Source: an uncultured Phycisphaeraceae bacterium
GTDB taxonomy: Bacteria > Planctomycetota > Phycisphaerae > Phycisphaerales > Phycisphaeraceae
Length of the DNA stretch: 64,000 nt
Assembly: GCA_964502445.1 (NCBI GenBank)
Contig: CAZCWM010000004.1
Location: forward strand, 127,977 to 191,976
Direction of reading: 5' to 3'
Positions within the stretch are counted from its first letter, which is position 1. Every line of letters starts with the position of its first letter. Positions 54,473 through 64,000 of the stretch are shown here, piece by piece. Made by a program: the position numbers and the translations under genes. The notes below the pieces were generated by a model. The model was not told where the DNA came from. It saw nothing but the letters and a program-made list of their open reading frames with translations, and did not search any database.

Positions 54473-55618
54473 ATGGCCATCACCAAGGACCATGTTTTCC
54501 AGCAGCTCAGCCGTGTGCATGAGCCTCAACTTCATCGCGATATTGTGACCCTAGGCATGGTCAAAGGCGTCGCGGTATGCGACGGACTGGTGAGCGTGAA
54601 GGTGCAGCTCAGCGAAGGGGCGCAGGGGCTGCGGCCGCGGCTGGAGGCGGACATCAAGGCGGCGGTCGGAGCCTTGGGCGAGGAAATCAAGCAGGTCGCG
54701 GTGGAGTTCGCGGTGGCGTCGGGATCAGCGTCGGACGCCTCGGCGCAGGCGGCGGGGGGGGCCGGAGGGGCGCACGTGCCGGGTTCCCAGCCGCACACCC
54801 ACGAGCAGAACCCCTTGCCGGGGGTGAAGCACATCATCGCGGTGGGCGCGGGAAAAGGTGGCGTGGGCAAGAGCACGGTGGCGGTGAATCTGGCGGTCGG
54901 TCTGGCGCGGACGGGGGCGCAGGTCGGGCTGCTGGACGGGGACATTTACGGCCCATCGCTGCCGACGATGCTGGGGCTGGACGGCATGCGGCCGCGGGCG
55001 ACGAAGGATAACGAGCTGATCCCTTTCGAGATTCACGGCCTGCGGGCGATGACCCTCGGGGCCCTGGTCGAGCAGGAGAAACCGCTGATCTGGCGCGGGC
55101 CGATGGCCCACGGGGCCTTTCGACAACTGGCGACGCAGACGGCCTGGGGTGAGCTGGACTATCTGGTGATCGACCTGCCGCCCGGTACCGGCGATGTGCC
55201 GCTGACCATGAGCCAGCTATTGCCGCTTACCGGCGCGGTGGTGGTTTGCACGCCCCAGAAGGTGGCGCAGGATGATGCGCGACGGGCGATGCGCATGTTC
55301 GAGCAGCTTGGCATCGAGGTGCTGGGCGTCGTCGAGAACATGAGCTACTTCATCGGCGACGACGGCAAGGAGTATGACATCTTCGGCCGCGGCGGGGCCG
55401 AGCAGATGGCCCGGGAGATGGGCAAGCCGTTTCTCGGCGGCGTGCCGATCAACATGGCGTTGCGCCGCAATTGCGATGCCGGCGACCCGACGGCGAATTT
55501 CGAGGAGGGGGGCAAGTTGGCCAAGGAACTTGAGACGCTGGTGCACAACTTGAGTGGCCAGGTCGAGGTGGCCGCGATGGCGCAGGTGGCAAGTCAGCCG
55601 ACGATCAGCATCCGTTGA
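54473..55618 (+). CDS. apbC: Iron-sulfur cluster carrier protein ApbC/Mrp (NBP35 family)
   Basis: An N-terminal DUF59-like segment (EPQLHRDIVTLGMVKGV), a deviant Walker A (GAGKGGVGKSTVAVNLA), LLDGDIYGPS, and DYLVIDLPPGTGD. Confidence 0.9.
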   Translation: MAITKDHVFQQLSRVHEPQLHRDIVTLGMVKGVAVCDGLVSVKVQLSEGAQGLRPRLEADIKAAVGALGEEIKQVAVEFAVASGSASDASAQAAGGAGGAHVPGSQPHTHEQNPLPGVKHIIAVGAGKGGVGKSTVAVNLAVGLARTGAQVGLLDGDIYGPSLPTMLGLDGMRPRATKDNELIPFEIHGLRAMTLGALVEQEKPLIWRGPMAHGAFRQLATQTAWGELDYLVIDLPPGTGDVPLTMSQLLPLTGAVVVCTPQKVAQDDARRAMRMFEQLGIEVLGVVENMSYFIGDDGKEYDIFGRGGAEQMAREMGKPFLGGVPINMALRRNCDAGDPTANFEEGGKLAKELETLVHNLSGQVEVAAMAQVASQPTISIR

Positions 55619-55685
55619 AGAGCGAGCGGGAAGCGGGGTAATGGGGTGGTGAGCATGCGGCCCTGAAGGGGCCGGCGTGCAGGAG

Positions 55686-58016
55686 TCAGCCCGTCTGTTG
55701 AACCGGCTGGGGTGCGGGGGTGGCGTCGGCGCGTGGAGGGCCGCCTTCTTTTTCCGTCGGGTACTTGATGCGGGCGTGGTAGATGGCCGCCAGGGTGCGG
55801 CTCATGGCCACCTCGATCTGATGCAGTTCCTGCAGCGTGAGGCTCGATTCGTCGAACTGGCCGTCCATCAGGCGCTTCTGGGCGATGGCGTGAACCAGTT
55901 GTTCGAGTCGGACGGCGGTGGGCTCGCGCAGGGTGCGGGCGGCCGACTCGACCGCGTCGCCGAGCATGAGGATGGCGGCTTCACGCGTGCGCGGCTTGGG
56001 GCCGGGGTAGCGGAATTCAAACTCGGTAGGCGCGGGGGTGTTTTTCTCGTCGCTCTGCTGCCTGGCGGCGTGGTAGAAGTACTCGACGAGCGTGGTGCCG
56101 TGGTGGCTCTCGATGAAGTGGCGCAGCGAGACGGGCAGGTTGTACTCGCGAGCCATCTCGATGCCATCTTTGACATGGCCGACGATGATGAGCAGGCTCA
56201 TGGCCGGGCTGAGGCGTTCGTGGCGGTTGGGCCCCTCGGCCTGGTTCTCGACGAAGTAGGCGGGCTTGTTGATCTTGCCCACGTCGTGGTACATCGCGCC
56301 CACGCGGCACATCAGGCCGTTGGCCCCGATGGCGTTGGCGGCGGCTTCGGACAGGTCGGCCAGACGCAGGGAGTGCTGGTACGTGCCGGGAGCTTCCTGG
56401 GCCAGGCGGCGCAGCAGCGGATGCGAGGCGTCGTTAAGCTCCTTGAGCGTCATGGAGGTGGTGACTTTGAAGACACTTTCGATGGCCGGCAGGGCGCCCT
56501 GCACCAGAAGGCCCGTGCCGAGGGCGGCCCCGAGGGCTTTGAGTGAGTCGAAACCGATCTCATGGATAGGGTTGAGATATTCGGTCAGGTGCAGCGGCCG
56601 TGTGGCCAGGCCGACAAGCCAGACCACCACCCCCATGGCCATGCCGGTCCACAGACCGACCCACATGAGTTTCGAACGGGTGCGCACTTCCTGAAGCTGG
56701 GCGACGGCGGTGGCGACGCCGGCGATGAGCACCAGGGCGAAGCCGACGGGCAACTCGAGAACGACGACGGTGAGGATGGCGTGCAGCGCGCCGACAGCCA
56801 GGGCCAGCCGCTGGTCGTAGGCGATCGCCAGGACAATCGCCACCAGCAGGGCCGGGTAGACCGCCACGACATAGCGGTAGTCGGGCACTGTGATCTGTCC
56901 GAACACCGCCAGGCTCACGGCGAGCACCAGCAGGCTGGTCATGGCCAGGCCGCGCATGCCGTTTTCAACCACGCGGCGTTTGAAGTGGTACAGGTACAGC
57001 CATAGACCGGCGGCGATAACCAGCGCGATGCCCAGGTGTGAAGCGGTGATAAGCCGGGCGCGCAGCGGGCCGAGTTCGTGCTGATATTCGCGACGCTCGG
57101 ATTCGAGCAGAGACAAGTCGCCGTGGGTGATGCGTCGGCCGGCGGGGATGAGCAGTTGATGCACGGTGATCTTGTCGCGCACGGGCTGGACGGCCGCTTC
57201 GGCGGCGGCGCGGCGTGTCTCGGTTTCGTCGATGTCGATGAAGTAAGTCGGTTGCAGATCGCTCATCAGCACGGCCAGCACAGTCTCACGCAGCGCCTTG
57301 GGGAAACGCAGGGTTTCCGTTCGGGCGAGCATGTCGGCGAACGCATCGCGGTCGGTGGCGATATTGCGCAGGGCGGTGTCCATGCGCGGCAGCTCGCGAC
57401 CGTCAGCCTTACGGATGAGGATCTGGTAGGCCAGTTGCGTCGGGTTCAGTTCGCGCTCGTAGTCCTGTTGGCGCAACAGAGCGATGGAGGCGACGCCGTC
57501 CACGAACTCGTCGACCATCTGCTGCCACTGCGCGTAGTTGTTTTCGGCGGCGAACTGCTTGAGGCTGTCGAGCACCGCCGGGGTCAGACGCCATGCCTCG
57601 CGCGTCGAAGCTTCAATCTGATCGACACGGGTGATCGAAGTGTTGCGGCCCAGGTCGCCGAGGTTCAGGAGCTTCTCACGCAGGTTGTCGAGGAAGGAAA
57701 GATTGGGTGCGTAGACGGCCGGCTCTTTCTGGCGGGCGGTGCGGCGGCGGTTGAGGGTCAGCTCCTCGTTGTCGGCTTCGAAGCTGACGCGCGAAACGAT
57801 CGGCTGGGGCACGATCTGGCCCACGCGGTAGACCGGGCGCTGGGCGATCGTCAGGGCCAAGGCTCCTGCCGTCAGCCCCAGGATCAGCGTCCACAGGGTC
57901 GCCCAGAGCATCTCCCGACGTGTGAGACGGGCGATCCACTGCTGGCGGATCGAGGGGATCGACCGGCGAACTTCGCGTCGTCGGGCCGCTCTCGGATTGG
58001 GCTTGCCTTTGGCCAT
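55686..58016 (-). CDS. pgpH: 7TM-HD membrane phosphohydrolase (PgpH/YqfF-like, putative cyclic-di-AMP phosphodiesterase)
   Basis: An N-terminal extracellular domain and a 7-TM block. The C-terminal HD domain reads HSLRLADLSEAAA...MYHDVGKINKPAYFVENQ...IIVGHVKDGIEMA...IESHHGTTLVEYFY. Confidence 0.85.
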   Translation of the reverse strand: MAKGKPNPRAARRREVRRSIPSIRQQWIARLTRREMLWATLWTLILGLTAGALALTIAQRPVYRVGQIVPQPIVSRVSFEADNEELTLNRRRTARQKEPAVYAPNLSFLDNLREKLLNLGDLGRNTSITRVDQIEASTREAWRLTPAVLDSLKQFAAENNYAQWQQMVDEFVDGVASIALLRQQDYERELNPTQLAYQILIRKADGRELPRMDTALRNIATDRDAFADMLARTETLRFPKALRETVLAVLMSDLQPTYFIDIDETETRRAAAEAAVQPVRDKITVHQLLIPAGRRITHGDLSLLESERREYQHELGPLRARLITASHLGIALVIAAGLWLYLYHFKRRVVENGMRGLAMTSLLVLAVSLAVFGQITVPDYRYVVAVYPALLVAIVLAIAYDQRLALAVGALHAILTVVVLELPVGFALVLIAGVATAVAQLQEVRTRSKLMWVGLWTGMAMGVVVWLVGLATRPLHLTEYLNPIHEIGFDSLKALGAALGTGLLVQGALPAIESVFKVTTSMTLKELNDASHPLLRRLAQEAPGTYQHSLRLADLSEAAANAIGANGLMCRVGAMYHDVGKINKPAYFVENQAEGPNRHERLSPAMSLLIIVGHVKDGIEMAREYNLPVSLRHFIESHHGTTLVEYFYHAARQQSDEKNTPAPTEFEFRYPGPKPRTREAAILMLGDAVESAARTLREPTAVRLEQLVHAIAQKRLMDGQFDESSLTLQELHQIEVAMSRTLAAIYHARIKYPTEKEGGPPRADATPAPQPVQQTG

Positions 58017-58265
58017 ACGTCGGTGTCAGGGGCGTGGAGCAGGAAGCGAGGGGGGCAGTTCGGACCATCCTTGGGGTGGGTGTCCCGGGATCCCCCAGGA
58101 GGCGGCTGAGGGTCCTGACGCCGGTTGGACGTTTGCCAGCCCCCATTGCCAGCTTCCGCCGTTTATATCGTCCTGAGCCGGGGGGTATTGTACGTCGATG
58201 GGCCTGATCGGTCATGGTCGGGGGCGATACCCGCCTCGTGGCCCGGTCTGGGGTCGGTGAGACCC

Positions 58266-59399
58266 TCATTCACGGCCCACAGAAGCCGATTCCGAAGCGA
58301 CGTGCGAACCTGGGCTATCTGGGAGTTCTGTAAGGGTTGTAGCGATGCTGCCGGTGGTAACGACGTCGCTGGCGGGTCCGCGATCCCGCGAGAGGGCTAC
58401 CGGGGAACCGTAGGCGTCGACAATCCGCTGGACCAGATCGTGGCGGACGATGTCGAGGGGCGTGAGGCTGACCAGGGCCACGCCGGGGACACGGCGCAAG
58501 CGGCGGGCGGCGTCGATGAGGCCGCAGCGGCTGGGGTCGGGCAGGTCGATCTGCGAGGTGTCGCCGGTGACGATCATGCGGCTGCCGTGGCCCAGGCGCG
58601 TGAGGAACATGAGCATCTGCTGGGTGGTGGTGTTCTGAGCCTCGTCGAGAATGATGGTGGCGTCGTTGAGCGTGCGGCCGCGCATAAAGGCCAGGGGCAC
58701 GATCTCGATCACGTCGCAGGCCATCATGCGCTGGATCTGGTCGAACTCCATCATGTCATGCAGGGCATCGAACAGCGGGCGCAGGTAAGGGTTGACCTTG
58801 TCCTGCATGGTGCCGGGCAGGAAGCCGAGTTTTTCACCCGCCTCGACGGCCGGCCTCACGAGCACGAGCTTGCGTGCCCGTCCGTGCTTGAGCATGGAGA
58901 CGGCCGCGGCCACGGCAAGGTAGGTCTTGCCGGTTCCGGCCGGGCCGGAGCAGAAGGTCAGGTCATGATGGCGAATCGCCCTCAAGTAGGCATCCTGGCC
59001 GAGCGTCTGGCCGCGGATGCGGCGGCTGCGGACATAAACGTCGAAGCCCGGGTCGCGGCCGTCGACGTCAAGGCTGTCATTTTCCACCTCGTCCGGTTCG
59101 CCTGTCACAGCCACGTCGTCATCCGATCCAGGCAAGGCTGTTTCACTGCCTACCGCGAGGATGGCGTCCAGAAGCTGATCGCGGTCCATCGGTCGGCTGC
59201 GCCGCGCGGCCGCGGCCAGGCGCTCGAGCACGCGAGCCGCTCTGCCCACGGCGTCGGTCTCGCCGCTGATGCGCAGCGAGCCGTTGCGGGCGGTAATCTT
59301 GACACCCAGCGTCTCCCGGATGATCTTCAGGTTACGCTCCGCGGGGCCGGTCATGGCAACGCGCTGCTCGCCGTGCGGCAGGTTGATGGTCAATTCCAA
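58266..59399 (-). CDS. phoH: PhoH-like ATPase (YbeZ family)
   Basis: RGQTLGQDAYLRAIRHHDLTFCSGPAGTGKTYLAVAAAV..., LVRPAVEAGEKLGFLPG..., IILDEAQNTT and MIVTGDTSQIDLP. The N-terminal alignment to YbeZ suggests a TTG 59399 start (GGAG 9 nt upstream). ATG 59354 is the conservative alternative. Confidence 0.85.
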   Translation of the reverse strand: MELTINLPHGEQRVAMTGPAERNLKIIRETLGVKITARNGSLRISGETDAVGRAARVLERLAAAARRSRPMDRDQLLDAILAVGSETALPGSDDDVAVTGEPDEVENDSLDVDGRDPGFDVYVRSRRIRGQTLGQDAYLRAIRHHDLTFCSGPAGTGKTYLAVAAAVSMLKHGRARKLVLVRPAVEAGEKLGFLPGTMQDKVNPYLRPLFDALHDMMEFDQIQRMMACDVIEIVPLAFMRGRTLNDATIILDEAQNTTTQQMLMFLTRLGHGSRMIVTGDTSQIDLPDPSRCGLIDAARRLRRVPGVALVSLTPLDIVRHDLVQRIVDAYGSPVALSRDRGPASDVVTTGSIATTLTELPDSPGSHVASESASVGRE

Positions 59400-59531
59400 G
59401 GTGCGAGGCTCCGCGTGAACGTGGCGATCAAACCGGGACCGATGAGGACGGCTAGGCCAACCTCTACATTCTACCTTCGGGTAAGGCGATGTCCGTCCTT
59501 TTTCGAGCGGCTTGCCTCGGTCGGCGGCGCG

Positions 59532-60053
59532 ATGCTGCTGGGTCTGCTGGTTGCGGGCTGCGCCGCGTCCGGGGGCAAGGCGACGAGCGCCCAAGGGCCT
59601 GGCGTCGCGGTGGGTGACGAAGCCTGGGGGCCGATCACCATGGCCGAGCGCTCCGGCCAGTCACTGCAGGTGCTGACGAGCCTGCGGCGATTGCGGCAGG
59701 AGGTGGCCCGGTCGTTTGCGGCCATGGAGTGGGCTGTCTTGCGGCTCGAAGGCGGCGAAGTCGGGGCCGACGCTCCCGATCTGCTGGACGCAGCCGGCAC
59801 CAACCCACCACCGGCCGTATGCGCCTGGGCTCTGCTGGCCGACGGGAGGACGGCCACGGTGGTCGGGCGCGTGACCCAACGGGGCGAGGGCACGGACGCG
59901 ATCGGTGGGGTCAACTACCTGCTGACGGTGTACGCCCGCGTCGGTCGGTTCGGCGATAGTCCGCTCGAACGCCGTTACCTGGATGAACTGGCGGCCAAGA
60001 TTCAGGGCAAACCCCAGCGGCAGCGGATATTCTTCATCCTGCCTTCACCCTGA
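59532..60053 (+). CDS. Hypothetical lipoprotein (173 aa)
   Basis: MLLGLLVAGCAASGG carries a lipobox. This is only the C-terminal part of the 642-aa track ORF. The rest of that ORF is antisense to phoH and is rejected. Confidence 0.5.
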   Translation: MLLGLLVAGCAASGGKATSAQGPGVAVGDEAWGPITMAERSGQSLQVLTSLRRLRQEVARSFAAMEWAVLRLEGGEVGADAPDLLDAAGTNPPPAVCAWALLADGRTATVVGRVTQRGEGTDAIGGVNYLLTVYARVGRFGDSPLERRYLDELAAKIQGKPQRQRIFFILPSP

Positions 60054-60102
60054 AGCGTCACCACAGCGCTGTCCGCGAACCCGCCGCGCCAAACCTGCGC
60101 GG

Positions 60103-61518
60103 TTACCGCGCGCCGCCGATGGCCAGAATCTGGCGCCGTGTGCTCGGAATGATCCGCTGGTTGTTGGGCAACTGGCGTTCGGCCAGGGCGCCGTCGGCAT
60201 CGAAGACGAGGGTCTCGAACGGTGAATTGGGACTCGGATGGATGGTGACGCGTGTGCCGCCGCGGTTGTCGGGGGTGACGGTCGCGGTGCGATAGGTGAT
60301 CTGTCCATCCGAGGGGTAGTAGGCGTAGAAGCCCAGCGTGCTTGATCCATCGGGACTGACGGAGGCGGGCACGGCCTTGGGCAGCAGCGGGGGCAGCAGG
60401 TACAACTCGGCTTGCGAGAGATATCCGGCCGGCGGAGCCTGCCATTCGAAGCTTTTCTTCTGGCCGCGGTCTTCGCGCGTGACTGTGATGCGGTTGCCGC
60501 TGCGCACGCCGGTCTCGATGACGGTCATGTCCTGGGGCACGCCGCCGGGGGTCGCGCCTTGCGGGCGCGTGGTGGTCTTGGTCGACCAGATCTCCTGCTC
60601 GCCGTCGCGCGACACGAACATTTCGCTAAGGCTGTCGACCGACTGACCGCCAAGTTGGGCGTGGGCCTGGACGGTCACCGTCAGGCCCGGGTAACCCATC
60701 CTGGTTTCGAGCTTACGGCTCAGCCGCAGGTGGCCGATATCGTCGGACCCTTTGAGCAGGCGGTACCACTGCTCCTCGGGCAAGGCCTGGGCCAGGCGTT
60801 CGAACCCCTGATTGTCGCGCACAGCCTGGCCGAGTTCGATCTCGATTCGCCGCCGAGCGTCGCGTTGGTCGGGATCCTCGATGCGCATGCTGGCGAGCAT
60901 GGCTTCGAGGATGGGGCGGGCGTCATTCAGCCGCTTCGCATCCACGAGGCTGCGCACCATGACGAAACTGTCGTGGCTGATGAGCGTGTAGGCGTGCAGA
61001 AGGATGAAGGGCTGTCCTGAGCTGGGATCCTTGATGCGAAAGTAGAGGGTCGCGGAGGGCAGGTCATCCAGCGGGGCATTGTCGCGGTCCATCAGGACGG
61101 CGGAGGGGTGAGCGACATTGACCTGCTGCATGGCCATCGCGACGACCTGGTCGATCGTCAGCTGAACCGCGGACGTGGATGAGGCGGCGGGGTTGCGGAT
61201 AACGCTCGTCGGCTCACTGGCCTCGACCTGGCGCAGGTAAACCTCCGCGGAGTAACCCTCCGCACCGGCGATGCGCAGCAGGGCGTCATCGGCGGTGGCC
61301 TGGTGGAGCGTTGCGCCCAGCGGCGGGCGCAGGGAAATGCCGAAGGCTTGCTCGGACCAGCGTTCGGCGGCGAGCAAGGCGTCTTGACGCTGGGCGGTGA
61401 TATCGGAGATGGCGGCCGAGGCGGCCGACGGTATCGCCATCGGCATGGCGAGCGTGGCCGCGATGAAAAGGATCGGCGTGCGGATGCAGATCACACTAAA
61501 TCGGGGGGTCGTTTTCAC
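60103..61518 (-). CDS. Hypothetical secreted protein (471 aa)
   Basis: GTG 61518 with a GGGAG RBS, 12 nt after the upstream stop. Signal peptide ILFIAATLAMPMAIPSAASA. No domain is recognised. Confidence 0.5.
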   Translation of the reverse strand: MKTTPRFSVICIRTPILFIAATLAMPMAIPSAASAAISDITAQRQDALLAAERWSEQAFGISLRPPLGATLHQATADDALLRIAGAEGYSAEVYLRQVEASEPTSVIRNPAASSTSAVQLTIDQVVAMAMQQVNVAHPSAVLMDRDNAPLDDLPSATLYFRIKDPSSGQPFILLHAYTLISHDSFVMVRSLVDAKRLNDARPILEAMLASMRIEDPDQRDARRRIEIELGQAVRDNQGFERLAQALPEEQWYRLLKGSDDIGHLRLSRKLETRMGYPGLTVTVQAHAQLGGQSVDSLSEMFVSRDGEQEIWSTKTTTRPQGATPGGVPQDMTVIETGVRSGNRITVTREDRGQKKSFEWQAPPAGYLSQAELYLLPPLLPKAVPASVSPDGSSTLGFYAYYPSDGQITYRTATVTPDNRGGTRVTIHPSPNSPFETLVFDADGALAERQLPNNQRIIPSTRRQILAIGGAR

Positions 61519-61530
61519 GTTCCAGCTCCC

Positions 61531-63432
61531 TCAAGGCCTGGTCAATGGAATCGCCTGCCTGGGGAAGGCGTTGCCGCAGGGTCCGCAGGTCGACGCGCTG
61601 CGTGGCATGCCATTGGCTGCCGCTCGATCCGGCGCCCTCCCATAGACTTTCATATCGGACCGCGCGCCCCCCGCGTCCAGCGTCAAGGGGTAAGAAACGG
61701 CACTAAACATCGGCCGCACCCAGATTCGGATAGAACCATCTTCCGTGGTGGCCGCCTCGTTGGCCCGGCGCAGCTCGAATGGAGCCGGCCGACTGCCTCC
61801 CCAGCGCATCCACGCGATGGCGGGCGCGGCTGCATCGTTGAACAGATGGAGGGGCCAGCGTCCCGAAGCCAGGGGGGTGAGCATCGGCTCGGGTGCGGCC
61901 ATCTCCCAGACCAGCCGCATGGGGCCGCCGTCATGGCCAACGGCGAAACGCAGCACGCCGTCCGCCAGTTCCAGCCGATGGACGATAGCCCGCTGCGTCT
62001 GGCCGTCGAGGCCGAGTTGTTCGAGGGTGCGTGTCTGGACATAGGCGCTGGCGTCGGCCTGACCGTGAGAGCGCGACCGTACGCGCATGGTTTGACCGAA
62101 AGCTCCGACTGATCCGCCGCTGAGACTGTCACCGGAGGCGTCGATCGACAGCCGGCCGATTTCCCAACCGACCGCATGACCGTCGCGCTCGACCAGAAAC
62201 GCCTCCTGTTCGGACACGGGGCCGCCCTCCAACAGTTGCGTCTGACTTGCCCGCAGCCGTTGGCCCAACGCAAGGGCGGCGTGCAGGGATTGAAGCTGTG
62301 CCTCCGCGCTTTCGTCGGTTGAGGCGCCGGTCGTCGCGGCGGCGATCAGTTCGCGGGCGAACAAGACCGTCTGCCGAAGGGCGGCCGGTTCGGCGGTCAG
62401 TTCCAGGAACATCATGCGGCCAGGGGCGATGCGGGCGAGCCAGACCTGCTCCTGGAGCATGGCCAGTTGACGCGGATCGGAGGAGAGGGTTATTTGCCAG
62501 ACGCGAACATTCCCGAACCACACCTCGGCCATTTCGCGTGGTGAGGGCGGCCTTTCGTGGATCAGCCAGTAGCGTTCAGCCAGAAGCTGAGGCGGCGCGA
62601 GCTGATGAACGGGATCGAGCTCGACGGTGTCCGCGGTCCAGCGACTTCGTACGCAGCGGAGCATGCCATCCTCCGCTTCGGGCGCCCATAACCAGGTGCG
62701 GCTGTCACCATACTGGTCCACGTGAGCCAGCCAGGGGCCGGCAGCGGAGGTGTTCGGTCTGGGGAAAAGGGCGGCATTGGCGGCCGGCTCCCGCCATCGC
62801 GCGATGCGCCCCGAGGCGAGGATGGCGTCAAAGAGGATGCGGTCGTCGCGCAGCTCCAGCACCGCCTGGCGCGACTGGCGGCTGTCGCTATGCACCGGTC
62901 CGCTGAGATAAACGACGAACTGCTGACGGCCGTCGAGGGTCAGCACGCCCAGAAAGTGCTTGCGCTGACGTTGGTGGGTCAGGGCCTCGCACACCGCGCC
63001 CGTCGCCGGCCCGATACGCGCCCGGCGAACGCGAGATCGTTCGATGGGCAGTCCATCAGCGGTTCGGGGAAGCAGAAGCGACATGGCCTGCTGCATCGCC
63101 TCCACCGCCGTGCGCGCGGGGGCCTCGGGCAGACGGGCGACCAGCAGTTGGCGCCCGTCGTCGCGACCGGCGGTGAAGATGCAGGTGTCGCGCAACTCGG
63201 CGGCCAGCGGGATCTCGTCTCGAGCGGATGACGTCCAGTTGGCCGGGACGGCCAGACTCAGGACGCCAAGTTCACGGTGTTCAAGCCGCGGCGGTTCGGG
63301 CGGCTGACGGGCGGCGCTGATCCATTGCGCCAGCGCCGCCGAAGCGAGCAGCACGCCCAGCATGGACGCCAGCAATGCTGCCTGTCGGGTTGGCGCAGGC
63401 CATTGGCCGATCCGTCGGGACAGAGCGTTCAT
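61531..63432 (-). CDS. Hypothetical signal-anchored/secreted protein (about 633 aa)
   Basis: MNALSRRIGQWPAPTRQAALLASMLGVLLASAALAQ is a signal peptide or anchor. No domain is recognised. An alternative start at 63498 would overlap the upstream gene. Confidence 0.5.
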   Translation of the reverse strand: MNALSRRIGQWPAPTRQAALLASMLGVLLASAALAQWISAARQPPEPPRLEHRELGVLSLAVPANWTSSARDEIPLAAELRDTCIFTAGRDDGRQLLVARLPEAPARTAVEAMQQAMSLLLPRTADGLPIERSRVRRARIGPATGAVCEALTHQRQRKHFLGVLTLDGRQQFVVYLSGPVHSDSRQSRQAVLELRDDRILFDAILASGRIARWREPAANAALFPRPNTSAAGPWLAHVDQYGDSRTWLWAPEAEDGMLRCVRSRWTADTVELDPVHQLAPPQLLAERYWLIHERPPSPREMAEVWFGNVRVWQITLSSDPRQLAMLQEQVWLARIAPGRMMFLELTAEPAALRQTVLFARELIAAATTGASTDESAEAQLQSLHAALALGQRLRASQTQLLEGGPVSEQEAFLVERDGHAVGWEIGRLSIDASGDSLSGGSVGAFGQTMRVRSRSHGQADASAYVQTRTLEQLGLDGQTQRAIVHRLELADGVLRFAVGHDGGPMRLVWEMAAPEPMLTPLASGRWPLHLFNDAAAPAIAWMRWGGSRPAPFELRRANEAATTEDGSIRIWVRPMFSAVSYPLTLDAGGARSDMKVYGRAPDRAAANGMPRSASTCGPCGNAFPRQAIPLTRP

Positions 63433-63466
63433 GGCCTGATTGTACGCCGCGACGCGCCGACGTGAA

Positions 63467-64000
63467 TCACGCGGCCGATGCCGCGGCGTGCGTCGCACGG
63501 GGGGTGACGATGACCGCTGCTGGGGCGGCGGCCTGCGTCGGTGACGTGGGATGGCGACGGATCAACTGCGCCAGGCCGCCGGGGCAGACCGTGACGCGGG
63601 CGAAGTGTTTGAGTCGATGCGCGGTGCGGCGATCGGCGGTGACCACCAGATTCGCGATCGCGGCTTCGCGTGCTTCGATACGATGATGGATCAGGGCTGT
63701 CTGCCGGGACAGCGCCCGTCGCGGCCAACCTTGCCGGCGGCTGAGGCGATGGTTGTTGACGCACCATGAATCGCGCAGGTCCAGCACGCGCCGATTGCAC
63801 GTGAAATCGGCCGCGGCGGGGGCCAGCATCGCATCCATGCACCAGATCACGTCGTAGCGTTCATCGGCCGCGGCGTTCAGTTCGCGTCGCAGCGCGGCGC
63901 AGACGCCGTGCCAGCGTTGTAGCGCCAAGGGCCCCGCGCCGGTGACAGGCAGGCTGTCGCGGATCGTGACGGGTGCCGCGGCCGGAGCGAGGATGAGCCG
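63467..64000 (-). CDS. Partial ORF (5' end outside the window); resembles only the N-terminal half of a GT4-type glycosyltransferase
   Basis: The frame is open to the window edge. YDVIWCMDAML..., VLDLRDSW..., IEAREAAIANLVVTAD... and VTVCPGG resemble a Glyco_trans_4 N-domain. The ORF stops about 35 codons later without a C-terminal catalytic domain. The assignment is weak. Confidence 0.35.
   Translation of the reverse strand, partial: RLILAPAAAPVTIRDSLPVTGAGPLALQRWHGVCAALRRELNAAADERYDVIWCMDAMLAPAAADFTCNRRVLDLRDSWCVNNHRLSRRQGWPRRALSRQTALIHHRIEAREAAIANLVVTADRRTAHRLKHFARVTVCPGGLAQLIRRHPTSPTQAAAPAAVIVTPRATHAAASAA

Noticed and set aside
58125-59531. N-terminal 469 codons of the 642-aa plus-strand ORF
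   Set aside because: They are antisense to phoH (Walker A and PhoH motifs on the minus strand). Only the last 173 codons, from ATG 59532 with a lipobox, are kept as a candidate gene.
1-64000. CRISPR arrays, IS elements or transposases, rRNA genes, and obvious defence-system genes
   Set aside because: I scanned both strands. I found no regularly spaced direct repeats, no transposase, integrase or Cas-like translations, and no rRNA-like conserved stretches.

Overview
This is a very GC-rich (about 68-70%) bacterial chromosomal segment. It is densely coded on both strands and carries many long antisense shadow ORFs that I reject. Gene content points to Planctomycetota, possibly Phycisphaerae (inference): a DUF1559/prepilin-type protein, PEP-CTERM signals plus an exosortase, a TIGR04137-like small basic protein, a sulfatase, a futalosine-type radical SAM enzyme and a long NagB-LmbE fusion. 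Most genes are housekeeping (eda, argJ, ilvN, panD, nuoB, recG, cysE, uvrD/pcrA, trpF, prfB, acpS, trpC, pyrC, apbC, phoH, pgpH). There are two tRNAs and no rRNA, CRISPR array or mobile element. The most interesting locus is at 36.5-40.0 kb on the minus strand. A sigma70-like promoter and a cobalamin-riboswitch-like leader precede a single 977-codon ORF that concatenates three complete secreted-protein modules with no stop codons between them. The modules are signal peptide + dockerin-like repeats + PEP-CTERM, then signal peptide + DUF4465-like domain + PEP-CTERM, then a prepilin-type leader + DUF1559. A DegT aminotransferase and two tandem ceramidase-like paralogs follow on the same strand. 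The matching sorting machinery, an acyltransferase / FemAB-like / exosortase-EpsI fusion operon, lies 20 kb away. Other notable items are a prfB +1 frameshift site reading CUU UAA C rather than CUU UGA C, a class-I tRNA carrying a UAA (Leu) anticodon, a 6S-like rod-shaped ncRNA candidate ending in a strong terminator, and several orphaned subunit genes (nuoB, ilvN, an ABC ATPase). All functional calls come from reading motifs by eye. No searches were run.
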